From the IMG/VR virus record IMGVR_UViG_3300032082_001293: a stretch of 64,000 nucleotides of DNA; one strand, 5' to 3'. This document shows, piece after piece, positions 1-8,572 of the stretch (its first letter is position 1; each line of letters starts with the position of its first letter). The translations under genes were made by a program, and so were the position numbers. The notes below the pieces were generated by a model, which saw only the letters and a list, made by a program, of their open reading frames with translations, did no database searches and was not told the DNA's origin. This DNA is from a virus.

Positions 1-212
1 TTACCGGAACCCTGTTTAATGGCTTTCAGGTGGTCTTTCCATCCATCTGATGTTTTGGATAAAGACGAGGTTGTTGTGCGAACAATTTTCATTGCTTCAA
101 GATGCACTTGTTCCCATTCACCTGATTCAACTAGTTTTTCTTTTTCAGAGATTTTCAAAAACATTTCTTTGATTTCTCCGGTCTTCACATTTTTCATATC
201 GTATGTAGGCAT
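1..212 (-). CDS. FmdB-like small protein (3' end outside window)
   Basis: Manual translation MPTYDMKNVKTGEIKEMF...; the MPTY..KN..TGE start is typical of T4-like FmdB-family proteins; open to the window edge. Confidence 0.6.
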   Translation of the reverse strand, partial: MPTYDMKNVKTGEIKEMFLKISEKEKLVESGEWEQVHLEAMKIVRTTTSSLSKTSDGWKDHLKAIKQGSG

Positions 213-227
213 AATAAATTCCTAATA

Positions 228-247
228 GGCACCCCGTTAGAGGTGCC
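228..247 (-). terminator. hairpin, possible terminator
   Basis: GGCACC-N8-GGTGCC stem just downstream of ORF 261..419; weak U-tract. Confidence 0.4.
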
Positions 248-260
248 CGTTAGATTAGGA

Positions 261-419
261 TCACCCCCTTATAACTTGTTGTATAGCGGCATCTAAGAAT
301 GCTTGTTTTTTCTGCATTCTATATGCTGCCTCCGATTTCCCCTTTTTATTTAACTTATGGATATAATGTCCAAGTTCTCTAGAATCTTTTTTAAGTCTTT
401 CAATTTGATTTGCTACCAT
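261..419 (-). CDS. hypothetical protein, 52 aa
   Basis: Manual ORF MVANQIERLKKDSREL..., GGAG SD. Confidence 0.65.
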   Translation of the reverse strand: MVANQIERLKKDSRELGHYIHKLNKKGKSEAAYRMQKKQAFLDAAIQQVIRG

Positions 420-454
420 AGGCAAACTCCTGTTCTAGTTAATGGGAATCATAA

Positions 455-892
455 TCAAGTCGGGATTAAATCTGGGTAGGCCTCCTTAACTAATTTTTCT
501 GTTAATCCTTTCACAGGTGGTTTTTTGTTTATCATAGATACTAGTACTCTAGCATCTTCTGGGTGGACTGATTCACAAATTTCAATGAACATTCTCTCTC
601 TTTTAATTGAATTCAAGTTTTCACTTTCACGTAAACCTTTTACGAAATACTTGAATTTCATATGTTGTTTGAGTAAAGTAGAGGGATATGATTCTTCTTT
701 ATTTGGAGTGTAAGGTACATCTCCAGCTGGAAGATTCCATTGAATATTAGGATCAAAGGTGCCTTGCAGAACATCTCTTACAGGCATGATGTTGTTTTCT
801 TGTAGAACGTTGATTTTGTCCTTTCGTGTTTTAGCAGAAGATACTTTATTCAGTATCTCAAACACTTCCAATTTTTTCATACTGATTGCCAT
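455..892 (-). CDS. conserved T4-like phage hypothetical protein (DUF6433-like)
   Basis: EILNKVS.AKT.KDKI.VLQ pattern recognised from marine T4-like phages. Confidence 0.6.
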   Translation of the reverse strand: MAISMKKLEVFEILNKVSSAKTRKDKINVLQENNIMPVRDVLQGTFDPNIQWNLPAGDVPYTPNKEESYPSTLLKQHMKFKYFVKGLRESENLNSIKRERMFIEICESVHPEDARVLVSMINKKPPVKGLTEKLVKEAYPDLIPT

Positions 893-951
893 ATAATATT
901 ATCCCTGGCGTGTTAAGCTTCATTATACACATCATAAACGTGCTTGTCAAG

Positions 952-1617
952 TTATTTAGATTTTTCTTTTGCAATCCATTTTTTAGCAACGGGTTTGGTC
1001 GGTTCTTGTTCAGTAAACTTTTTAGCCCACTTATAACCTTGTTGAGTTCCTGCTTTCCAATTCGCACCATCACTATTATCTAGGACGATGAAATTTCTAC
1101 CAAAGTGCCCTTGGAATTTACCGATGTTGTTCTGTACTGCCTGCCACATCTTTGAGACTTCATCATCAGGAAGGGACCTAGCACGCGCCCTGTTGCGTGC
1201 CAAGGCGGTTTCTTTATCGGTGTTGACGAATATCATTGCGGTGTCATAACCAAGACGTTGCAACTCCACAGACTGTTTCTTAATCTTGTCGTAGTCTCTA
1301 CCAGTACCATCAATGACGATACCCAAACGACCTTTAAGGTAGAGCTCTTGTTTTTTACCAGTGAGAGTTTTTGCCCGGCCACGCATTTCTTGACCTTTGA
1401 CAGAGAAGATGTTTTCGGGATTCATTTCCATACCCGCCTTCTTCATAGCATTCTCGAAGGCATCGTCGGAGTTCACTACACGCATACCTAATGCCGTGAG
1501 TGCGGTCTGACCGACGATAAAAGATTTGCCCGAACCAGGCCCACCTGCGAGGAAGATTGCTTTGAAGATTGCGGGGTCATTGACCCCTTCTGAAATAAAC
1601 TGTTTAAATTTTAACAT
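952..1617 (-). CDS. P-loop kinase (AAA_33/zeta-toxin/Pnk-like) with capsid-targeting-like leader
   Basis: Walker A GGPGSGKS, VIDGTG Walker B-like, lid RNRARAR; N-terminus MLKFKQFISE. Confidence 0.75.
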   Translation of the reverse strand: MLKFKQFISEGVNDPAIFKAIFLAGGPGSGKSFIVGQTALTALGMRVVNSDDAFENAMKKAGMEMNPENIFSVKGQEMRGRAKTLTGKKQELYLKGRLGIVIDGTGRDYDKIKKQSVELQRLGYDTAMIFVNTDKETALARNRARARSLPDDEVSKMWQAVQNNIGKFQGHFGRNFIVLDNSDGANWKAGTQQGYKWAKKFTEQEPTKPVAKKWIAKEKSK

Positions 1618-2027
1618 CTGCTTAAGTGATTAGAATGTATTTTACAACCAATGAAACTATTGTAATACTTATCATCCAATAGAACGTCATTTTCAAACTG
1701 TAACTTAGCTTCATAATATGAACAGTCGCCTTTGGTCTTACATAATTTCAATATTACTCTATTATATATACTTTCCCCGTTCTGGATAACACGTTCTTTT
1801 AAAACTTCGTTTGACCCAAAGTATGTGCGCCAATCACTCTCTACGAGGGTTCTCTTGCGTCTCTTACGGGTTTTTGTTACGGGGAGTATCTTTGGCTTCC
1901 AAAAAAACTTTTTACCGATATACTTCATACCAGTAGTTTTTTCTTCAATACAATAAACAAACCCAACGAGAGAACGCAAATCCTCTTCGCTGGGTTCATA
2001 TATTTTGTCTTCATAATACCAAGTCAT
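1611..2027 (-). CDS. GIY-YIG-like nuclease domain protein
   Basis: GFVYCI...YIGKK motif, DWRTYFGS, YYEAKLQF, YYN. Confidence 0.7.
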   Translation of the reverse strand: MTWYYEDKIYEPSEEDLRSLVGFVYCIEEKTTGMKYIGKKFFWKPKILPVTKTRKRRKRTLVESDWRTYFGSNEVLKERVIQNGESIYNRVILKLCKTKGDCSYYEAKLQFENDVLLDDKYYNSFIGCKIHSNHLSRC

Positions 2028-2039
2028 GGTATTATATAG

Positions 2040-2180
2040 TCAGTCAGCTATTGTCCACTCTTCGTTGACATCTTCGCCACACATTGGACAATTGCAGGGG
2101 AGTTCATCTTCACCATATACGACAAGATGACATACACATTCACAAGAAGGACATTCTAATGTGTAATTATACTCATCCAT
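2040..2180 (-). CDS. small zinc-ribbon protein, 46 aa
   Basis: Manual ORF MDEYNYTLECPSCEC...CPMCGE with two CxxC. Confidence 0.7.
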   Translation of the reverse strand: MDEYNYTLECPSCECVCHLVVYGEDELPCNCPMCGEDVNEEWTIAD

Positions 2181-4105
2181 TATGCTATCTCGCAGAATCC
2201 TGAAGCGCAAGCTAGTTCTTGGCTACCCACTGTCATATCGGACGCCTCATATTCTGCAAGTTTGTTCCAGTCCACATCCTTGGGCATTTGTGCGAGCAAC
2301 TCCTTGTAACCCGCTTCATCAGTATCTTGATACGGTGCTTGTGCATACGTGTGGTCAGAGAACGGTAAGAACGATACACCACTCATAAAATCAAAGTGAT
2401 TGTACACCCATGCACCCACGTCTAACCATTCGTGCTCTTTCACTGAGACGGTGATAGAAGGCTTGTGTTCGCACCAGTGTATCTGATAGGTCAACCACAT
2501 CTCTAACTGTTCGATAGCGGTCATGTCGGTACGAAAGACCGCACCCTTGTCTACCTTGATAGGAAAAGAAAATACAGATGTGTGAGATGGATTCATTTGG
2601 TCATCTTCTACAGGAAATCCGGCATCAACCATCATCTGCGTCAACGGGTCTTTCTTGTCTCCACGTACTGTACGAATGTAGTAAGGGTTGTGACGTGCGT
2701 GAATACCTGAGGCTGCATCAACCAATTGAGATACCGTACCTGATGGTTTAACACAAGTGATTGCGACTGACTGATTAATACCTAATAACTTAGACATATG
2801 TGCATTAGTCTCAACTGCAATCTGCTTGAGTTTTTCAAGGTTGTCAGCAAGGTCTTTTTTACCTTTCTTGCCATTGGTTAACGGGTTGTCCATAATACCT
2901 GTCATAGAAACACCCAACAGGCGTTCCTCCTCACAGTTCTTTTTCCAAGATGATGAAACATACTTGAAGTTAACCAAACTACTCTGGAAAGTCCCCAGAA
3001 TCGTCGCCAGACGGGTTTTCTCTGCGAGGTCTTCCCAAGTGTCACTTGGACGTACTACAACCTCTGAGAGGTTACAGAATTCACGTGAACGCAGAATAAT
3101 CTCTGAACAAGGGTTTGTACCAAACTCATGGTCCCCAATTTCCCTTCGGCCTGATGCGGCTGCCATCATGTTAGCAGATGCACGATTGAAGATACCTCGT
3201 TCACCAGATTTGGAATCGTAGAGTGCTTTCCACTCATCCATAAAGATACCGATATCGGGTTTCTCAGTGTAACAGGCAGAGTTGTTTGCAAGAGCACGAT
3301 GTCCAAAATCATTCCACCATTGTCCAGCTTTCGCATGACGCATACGGTCATCAGAAAGGTTTGACAACGAGATTAACGCAGAACGGCGTACACCACCCAC
3401 CACAACAATCTCTGCAATCTTACAGACGATATCATGACACTCAACGGAGTTAAGTTTACGACCAGCAGCGTTCTTAAATGTAGACACACAAAACTCAAAC
3501 AACTGATTGAGAGGTTCGGGACCAGATGCACGCCCACCAAAAGTCTTGAGAGGTGCACCAGCGGGACGTACTTTACTCAGGTCCCACATTGGGACTTGAC
3601 CAGCATATAATAAACCAATCAATTCTTTCAAGGCTTTCGCCCAACCCAATTTAGAGTCAGCTACAATAATCGTTGTGTCTGTACTATGAAACTCCTCTGC
3701 AACTACAGGTAGTTGTGATACGTATTGACGTTCTACAGAAAAACCTACACCAGTACCATTCATTAGCACATAAAGAATTTCATCGAAGGCGTGTGGTTTA
3801 TCTACCGCAATGTAAGAACAGTTGTACCCAGCAATATTTTCTCGTTTCAATGCTTCACCGGCGGTCATAAGACAACGCATTGACGGCATTATTTTTTGCG
3901 ATAATACCGCTTCTTCAAGTTCATTACGAAGGTTGTTTGTTAGTTTATAATCACAAGTTTCTTCTAGATGTTCAGTAAAAAAGTCAAAGTATCTAGAAAT
4001 AGTTTCTTCCCACGTTTCTCGTCTCCCTTTCTCAGGTAACCATCGTGAGTATCTGGAAAGGTGGATAAATTCTTGGTAACTCGTGGGTAAGTAATTACTG
4101 GGCAT
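2180..4105 (-). CDS. nrdJ: class II (adenosylcobalamin-dependent) ribonucleotide reductase
   Basis: RYSRW..RRETW, AGYNC, GTNPCSEI, CNLSE, TCVKPSGT, C-terminal CASGFC; start placed at MPSNY after GAGGAG SD. Confidence 0.93.
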   Translation of the reverse strand: MPSNYLPTSYQEFIHLSRYSRWLPEKGRRETWEETISRYFDFFTEHLEETCDYKLTNNLRNELEEAVLSQKIMPSMRCLMTAGEALKRENIAGYNCSYIAVDKPHAFDEILYVLMNGTGVGFSVERQYVSQLPVVAEEFHSTDTTIIVADSKLGWAKALKELIGLLYAGQVPMWDLSKVRPAGAPLKTFGGRASGPEPLNQLFEFCVSTFKNAAGRKLNSVECHDIVCKIAEIVVVGGVRRSALISLSNLSDDRMRHAKAGQWWNDFGHRALANNSACYTEKPDIGIFMDEWKALYDSKSGERGIFNRASANMMAAASGRREIGDHEFGTNPCSEIILRSREFCNLSEVVVRPSDTWEDLAEKTRLATILGTFQSSLVNFKYVSSSWKKNCEEERLLGVSMTGIMDNPLTNGKKGKKDLADNLEKLKQIAVETNAHMSKLLGINQSVAITCVKPSGTVSQLVDAASGIHARHNPYYIRTVRGDKKDPLTQMMVDAGFPVEDDQMNPSHTSVFSFPIKVDKGAVFRTDMTAIEQLEMWLTYQIHWCEHKPSITVSVKEHEWLDVGAWVYNHFDFMSGVSFLPFSDHTYAQAPYQDTDEAGYKELLAQMPKDVDWNKLAEYEASDMTVGSQELACASGFCEIA

Positions 4106-4154
4106 AAGAATGCGCCTCCTCATTCGTCAAGGGGTTATTGTTATCGGTGGAAAT

Positions 4155-4183
4155 ATTATATAGTATTATTCGTTGTTTGACAA
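4155..4183 (-). promoter_or_regulatory. sigma70-like promoter of nrdJ
   Basis: TTGTCA-N17-TATAAT. Confidence 0.65.
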
Positions 4184-4187
4184 CCAG

Positions 4188-4340
4188 TCAATCAATTAAT
4201 TCTATCATAATTTTAATCAAACCCGCACAGACTGCAACAACTGTCAACCATGTTATGTCGGGATTTGCTTGAGCGAAATCAATGATGAAACTTAAAACTT
4301 CACCGATGAAATCAATTAGAAGTTTGACTGTTTGGCTCAT
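4188..4340 (-). CDS. small membrane protein, 50 aa
   Basis: Manual ORF MSQTVKLLIDFIGEVLSF...WLTVVAVCAGLIKIMIELID. Confidence 0.6.
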   Translation of the reverse strand: MSQTVKLLIDFIGEVLSFIIDFAQANPDITWLTVVAVCAGLIKIMIELID

Positions 4341-4764
4341 TGTTTTCTAACCAATCTTCGGCAGTAGTACCTTCTGATTCGGTTGTCGCTTCACGATAGT
4401 AAATGATGAGTTCTTTCTGTTGCCTCACATAACGGCGAACTTCTTGGAAGTTCTCTGCCATTTTCTCATAGCCATCGGGTGTCAAAGCAAACACCACGAA
4501 ATTGCCGTCAAGAATCTTCTCAACTTCTTTCTTCTTCTCTTCATAGTTCTCTTCAGTGATGACGAAGAAGTTTACGTTAAGAAGGTCAATCTCCTGTGGT
4601 AACGGCGGTTGATAGATTCGCAGAGGAACCTTCTCCGTCACTGTTATAATTTGGGGTTCTGGTGGAATAATTTCTGGTTCTGGTCCCCACTCAAGGCGAG
4701 GCATCCAAGAACATCCCGCTGTTAAAGCGAGCGAGAGATAGATGATCGGTTTACACATGTACAT
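4312..4764 (-). CDS. outer-membrane lipoprotein, probable o-spanin (Rz1-like)
   Basis: Lipobox LTAG-C, Pro-rich linker, C-terminal helix; downstream of i-spanin-like gene. Confidence 0.7.
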   Translation of the reverse strand: MYMCKPIIYLSLALTAGCSWMPRLEWGPEPEIIPPEPQIITVTEKVPLRIYQPPLPQEIDLLNVNFFVITEENYEEKKKEVEKILDGNFVVFALTPDGYEKMAENFQEVRRYVRQQKELIIYYREATTESEGTTAEDWLENNEPNSQTSN

Positions 4765-4907
4765 AATTTTTTACTTCCCCACTGTTCACATACCATGACC
4801 TGTCTTCCGCATGGTGAATTATATTTAACTGGTCCCACTGCCTTCAGCATCTGACACCCCTGTAGGGTCAGGAGTATCATCAGCATCCATAAGTTCTTTC
4901 GTATCAT
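4722..4907 (-). CDS. small Cys-rich lipoprotein overlapping the i-spanin 3' end
   Basis: MIRK n-region, lipobox LQG-C, four further Cys. Confidence 0.55.
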   Translation of the reverse strand: MIRKNLWMLMILLTLQGCQMLKAVGPVKYNSPCGRQVMVCEQWGSKKLCTCVNRSSISRSL

Positions 4908-5283
4908 TTTCTAGGTCTCGAAAGACTTGTTCTGTTTTAGCGTTCATGCGTTTTTCAATCATCCCTGGCTTCGCACGAGCAAGTCTCGTTAAGTTGTGAT
5001 CTTTAAAGATCTTCATAGCATTATCTTTCTCTCGCTGTAACTCATTATTCCTTGCGGTGAGTGCAGACATTGCCGCCTCTGATTTCTTTGCATTTGCTTC
5101 CGCTGCAGCAAGTGACGCTTGTGCAGTTTCCACTGCTTTTTCCATCTGCACCTGATTCTCTTTCAAGGTGCGGTTGTTTGCCTCTAGTTGTGCTTTCGCT
5201 GCCTCTAGATTAGAAACAGTCACTTGGTGATAAGCAAATCCTCCACCAAGAACAATAACAAATAATAATATGATGTATGGCAT
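4825..5283 (-). CDS. probable i-spanin (Rz-like)
   Basis: N-terminal TM segment followed by a long Ala-rich coiled coil. Confidence 0.7.
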   Translation of the reverse strand: MPYIILLFVIVLGGGFAYHQVTVSNLEAAKAQLEANNRTLKENQVQMEKAVETAQASLAAAEANAKKSEAAMSALTARNNELQREKDNAMKIFKDHNLTRLARAKPGMIEKRMNAKTEQVFRDLENDTKELMDADDTPDPTGVSDAEGSGTS

Positions 5284-5447
5284 TATTTTACAACTCTTTT
5301 TCTTTTCCCTGCTACTTCTATATATCCACGAGTTAATACTTTATATTTTTTCTTCTTCTTTCGAGGGCCGGGTGGGTCATCAGGTGGAAGTCCAGCAATA
5401 CCAGAACTTGTTGTCATTGTTTCTGTGAATTGTTTAAATGTCTTCAC
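5283..5447 (-). CDS. small basic protein with capsid-targeting-like leader, 54 aa
   Basis: Manual ORF, GTG start overlapping upstream stop: MKTFKQFTETMTTSSG...KRKRVVK. Confidence 0.7.
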   Translation of the reverse strand: MKTFKQFTETMTTSSGIAGLPPDDPPGPRKKKKKYKVLTRGYIEVAGKRKRVVK

Positions 5448-6031
5448 TTGTAGATTTCTCCCAAGGTAAAATGAATTTTTTGTCCGGTGTTGATGTGAAT
5501 TCCCTGATAAACATTGATACCAAAAACGTCCCCAACTGGAAAACAGTTATCCTCAACTTTTACTTTATCTTTCGCAATTACAATGTCATCTAAGGTTTCA
5601 GAAATTAATTTTTCGTTCTTGACTCGATAAATGCCTGGTGAAATCTGATTATCATTTAAAAGATACCATCCATGTTGTTCTTCCAACATATCTAAAATAT
5701 CAATGCCACTTTCTTTGGTAATTTTTTCTAAATTTTTATCAGATACACCAAAATGTTCTTTAAGTAAAAAAAGTGCAGCCGCGTAAGTACCTATTCTAGA
5801 TGACCCGCCTGGAATCTTTTCTAATAATCGTTTGATGTTGTAGACTAATCGATGAAAGGTTGTGTATGCGCCACGTTCTTCTGAAGTGTTTAGTCCCTTT
5901 GATTTGATACGTTTACCTTTCGCATCAATAAGACCCAATTTAAAGGCGTCAGTATCTTCCCACTTCGTAACCAGTAGTTTTAAAAAACGAAAAGTGTAAA
6001 CCAAGTCACCTGCTTTTGTGAGTAATGACAC
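5444..6031 (-). CDS. conserved T4-like hypothetical (probably virion-associated) protein
   Basis: DLVYTFRFLKLL..W....AFKLGLID..G pattern; in late operon. Confidence 0.6.
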   Translation of the reverse strand: MSLLTKAGDLVYTFRFLKLLVTKWEDTDAFKLGLIDAKGKRIKSKGLNTSEERGAYTTFHRLVYNIKRLLEKIPGGSSRIGTYAAALFLLKEHFGVSDKNLEKITKESGIDILDMLEEQHGWYLLNDNQISPGIYRVKNEKLISETLDDIVIAKDKVKVEDNCFPVGDVFGINVYQGIHINTGQKIHFTLGEIYK

Positions 6032-6402
6032 TATATGTTCCTTAATGATTCAACAACATTCTCGTCCATACGGACACCTATGTATTTATCATTTTCAATT
6101 ACTTTCAGAAATATTAAAAATGGTTTTATTACAGGCCAGTGCCGATTAATATCCATTTTGTACTCAAGCATCTTTAATCCAGCAGGAACACTGAAAACAT
6201 TGAATATGACAATTAAATGATTGAGAATCAGTCGTTCAGATAACTTACCACCTTCAACATAACGGTTGATTAATCTTTTAACGTATTTAAAACGTTTTAA
6301 GTCTTCGTGGAATTCATCTGCATCGATGCAAGTGGGGTTATAATAATGCCTAGCAGCAAAGATAGGAAATACATCTTCACTCAGTGTTTCGAATAGTTTC
6401 AT
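6031..6402 (-). CDS. conserved T4-like hypothetical protein
   Basis: FAARHY.NP.C...EF.EDLKRFKY pattern typical of T4-like phages. Confidence 0.65.
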   Translation of the reverse strand: MKLFETLSEDVFPIFAARHYYNPTCIDADEFHEDLKRFKYVKRLINRYVEGGKLSERLILNHLIVIFNVFSVPAGLKMLEYKMDINRHWPVIKPFLIFLKVIENDKYIGVRMDENVVESLRNI

Positions 6403-6827
6403 TTATGATGCTGCCAAAGTTTATCGGAACCGCCCAGATGACCCCAATCAGAATCAGCGGTCATCTTACTACTTATTCCTCCTCTCGGAGCAAACTCAAT
6501 CTCTATACGCAATCGTTCTGGTGTGTACATCGCATAAAGTTGTTGATACATTACATCAATACATCGTTCATAACTTACAATGATATCACGATACTGATAG
6601 ATGTATTCTTTTAACGATTTGAGTTCAATGGTCTTTTTGTCGCCATAAAACCAAATGGTGATGTTCCCAAAATCTGGTTGACCTTTGACTCCCAGAAAAG
6701 TAAATTCTGGAATAGAAATTCTTTGTTCATACCCTTTACTTGGATTGGGAAGTGCCTTGAGCAACGAACCCGTAATTTCGCCCCAAAGTTTATTCTGTGC
6801 TTTGTTTGAGTTTGGTTGTGTCTTCAT
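6399..6827 (-). CDS. QueF-like T-fold protein lacking the catalytic Cys
   Basis: PEFTFLGVKGQPDF, IELKSLKEY, YE, PRGGIS align to QueF motifs. Confidence 0.8.
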   Translation of the reverse strand: MKTQPNSNKAQNKLWGEITGSLLKALPNPSKGYEQRISIPEFTFLGVKGQPDFGNITIWFYGDKKTIELKSLKEYIYQYRDIIVSYERCIDVMYQQLYAMYTPERLRIEIEFAPRGGISSKMTADSDWGHLGGSDKLWQHHK

Positions 6828-7200
6828 GTTTCATCCTATAATCATTAATCGCTGCTTTTATCGCATCTTCGGCAAGTACACTACAGTGGATTTTGACGGG
6901 GGGGAGGGCAAGTTCTTCTGCGATGTCGGTGTTTTTAATATTCCCAGCTTCATCAAGACTGCGACCTTTAACCCATTCGGTAAGGAGGGAGGAAGAAGCG
7001 ATAGCACTTCCGCATCCGTAGGTTTTAAACCGAGCATCTTCGATAATTCCATCATCATTCACCTTTATCTGTAATCTCATTACATCGCCACAGGCAGGCG
7101 CTCCCACCATACCTGTGCCGATATCTTCATCGTCTTCGTCAAAACGACCAACGTTACGAGGGTTTTCGTAGTGGTCCATTACTTTATCACTATATGCCAT
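6790..7200 (-). CDS. iscU: Fe-S cluster scaffold IscU
   Basis: YSDKVMDHYENPRNVG, GAPACGDVM, FKTYGCGSAIASSS, LPPVKIHCSVLAEDA. Confidence 0.97.
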   Translation of the reverse strand: MAYSDKVMDHYENPRNVGRFDEDDEDIGTGMVGAPACGDVMRLQIKVNDDGIIEDARFKTYGCGSAIASSSLLTEWVKGRSLDEAGNIKNTDIAEELALPPVKIHCSVLAEDAIKAAINDYRMKHEDTTKLKQSTE

Positions 7201-7973
7201 TAATCTTCTTTACACCATCGTTCTAAATGATGAATGTATTCGTGAATACTATGGTCACTGAAATTATCTATACGCCCACTTTTAATACCCATCCACATAC
7301 CACGCAACTTATCTTTGACCAATTGCCAACCAGACAAATTTCTGACCAAACCATGTGCGTTAATGTAACGAGATTCGCCGTGATGTTTATAACCCATAAA
7401 GACTGGAGGAACAGTGGTCACAATATCATTATTGTTTCTCCAACGATAATGTGTTACAGGTAAACTTTTACAATACTTATTCCAACCAACACGTGGGGAA
7501 CCATAGGTGTATAGTTCTTCCACTTCAACGTCAGGAATCTTTTCCTTGTCAAGAGAACATCGTGCAGCGACGATTGTCGCCATTGCAGCACCAAGACTGT
7601 GACCTGTTACCCACACCTTTCTCTTACCAACAGCTTTAGGACTTAAGTCTTCTAGAATCATAGGCCATAGTTCATCAACTTCACCCTTGAATCCCTTGTG
7701 CACTCTACTGACCGTCTCGGATAAAACTGGAATTGCTCTTAGGTCTGCTTTGATATCATTAAATTCTGTGGGTTGAGTTCCACGACATGCAATTACCATG
7801 TCATTTTTGTTTTGAAAACGATATGCTTGAGCACCATCTCGATTATAAAACTCTACTTGAGTGAAACCATATGCTTTAACAGCTTTCTTCGCTTCTTTTT
7901 CATCAAGGTATGCGATACTGCTCAGATTTGCAAATAGTACACTTCTTTCTTTATGTGATAGTTTACTAATCAT
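7200..7973 (-). CDS. lipase class 3 family alpha/beta hydrolase
   Basis: CRGT, VHKGF, GHSLG nucleophile elbow, YGSPRVG, NNNDIV, DH. Confidence 0.9.
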   Translation of the reverse strand: MISKLSHKERSVLFANLSSIAYLDEKEAKKAVKAYGFTQVEFYNRDGAQAYRFQNKNDMVIACRGTQPTEFNDIKADLRAIPVLSETVSRVHKGFKGEVDELWPMILEDLSPKAVGKRKVWVTGHSLGAAMATIVAARCSLDKEKIPDVEVEELYTYGSPRVGWNKYCKSLPVTHYRWRNNNDIVTTVPPVFMGYKHHGESRYINAHGLVRNLSGWQLVKDKLRGMWMGIKSGRIDNFSDHSIHEYIHHLERWCKED

Positions 7974-8326
7974 TTCTTTTTCTCCAGTTTTTTGATTCTT
8001 GCATCAAGTTCGGGCCACACGTCAAACTCGTGTAGTTCTTTACACGGGTGACTGTGTTTTTCTAACTGTGCAATACGAGATTCAAGTTCATCAATTTTTT
8101 TGGTGACTTTAGGATATTTCTTTCGCCACGCTGTGGGGTCATCCTGCAACCATTCCCATCCAAATTTATCGACGAGTGAATCTAAGAAAAGGTCGAATTT
8201 AGCATAACACCAGAGTGCCATATGAGTGTCTTTGAACCACGCCAAAAACGCAGCGCCAAAAACAGAACCGGCGATAGCTGTGTATATCCACAGCGTATCA
8301 CCGAACATAGCGGATAAGGTTTCCAT
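7970..8326 (-). CDS. membrane protein, hypothetical
   Basis: N-terminal TM helix, C-terminal coiled coil. Confidence 0.65.
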   Translation of the reverse strand: METLSAMFGDTLWIYTAIAGSVFGAAFLAWFKDTHMALWCYAKFDLFLDSLVDKFGWEWLQDDPTAWRKKYPKVTKKIDELESRIAQLEKHSHPCKELHEFDVWPELDARIKKLEKKK

Positions 8327-8353
8327 GTAAAACTCCCAGATGAATTCTAGGAG

Positions 8354-8361
8354 TATTTATA
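8354..8361 (-). promoter_or_regulatory. T4-type late promoter
   Basis: TATAAATA 28 nt upstream of ORF 7970..8326. Confidence 0.75.
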
Positions 8362-8363
8362 TT

Positions 8364-8561
8364 TTAAGATTCAGTTAAAAATACTACTTTATCTTTATGC
8401 ACTACAATTTCTTTACCTTCTCTTTTAATAGGCAAGAATTTTCTTTCATCATTCATGACATCAGACAAACGTGAACCCGTTGGTAAATAGATTTCACAAT
8501 CAAGCCAACGAGTCCCGTCCGATAACGATACTATAACTTTCACTATTCTAAAGGTTTCCAT
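8364..8561 (-). CDS. DUF6812-like / Sm-like small protein
   Basis: SRLSDVMNDERKFLP motif; paralog of 9465..9671. Confidence 0.55.
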   Translation of the reverse strand: METFRIVKVIVSLSDGTRWLDCEIYLPTGSRLSDVMNDERKFLPIKREGKEIVVHKDKVVFLTES

Positions 8562-8572
8562 ACTTTATATAG

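Noticed and set aside
1611-2027. Mobile homing endonuclease
   Set aside because: GIY-YIG-like domain only, with no DNA-binding tail, and coupled to neighbours like a resident conserved gene
2180-4105. Intron or intein in nrdJ (also checked 43, 41, uvsW, 46)
   Set aside because: ORFs are continuous and of normal length, with no intein C-terminal HN-C/S/T block or LAGLIDADG insert seen
4150-4170. NrdR box upstream of nrdJ
   Set aside because: Only a partial match in AT-rich sequence, better explained by the -10 element, and no tandem second box
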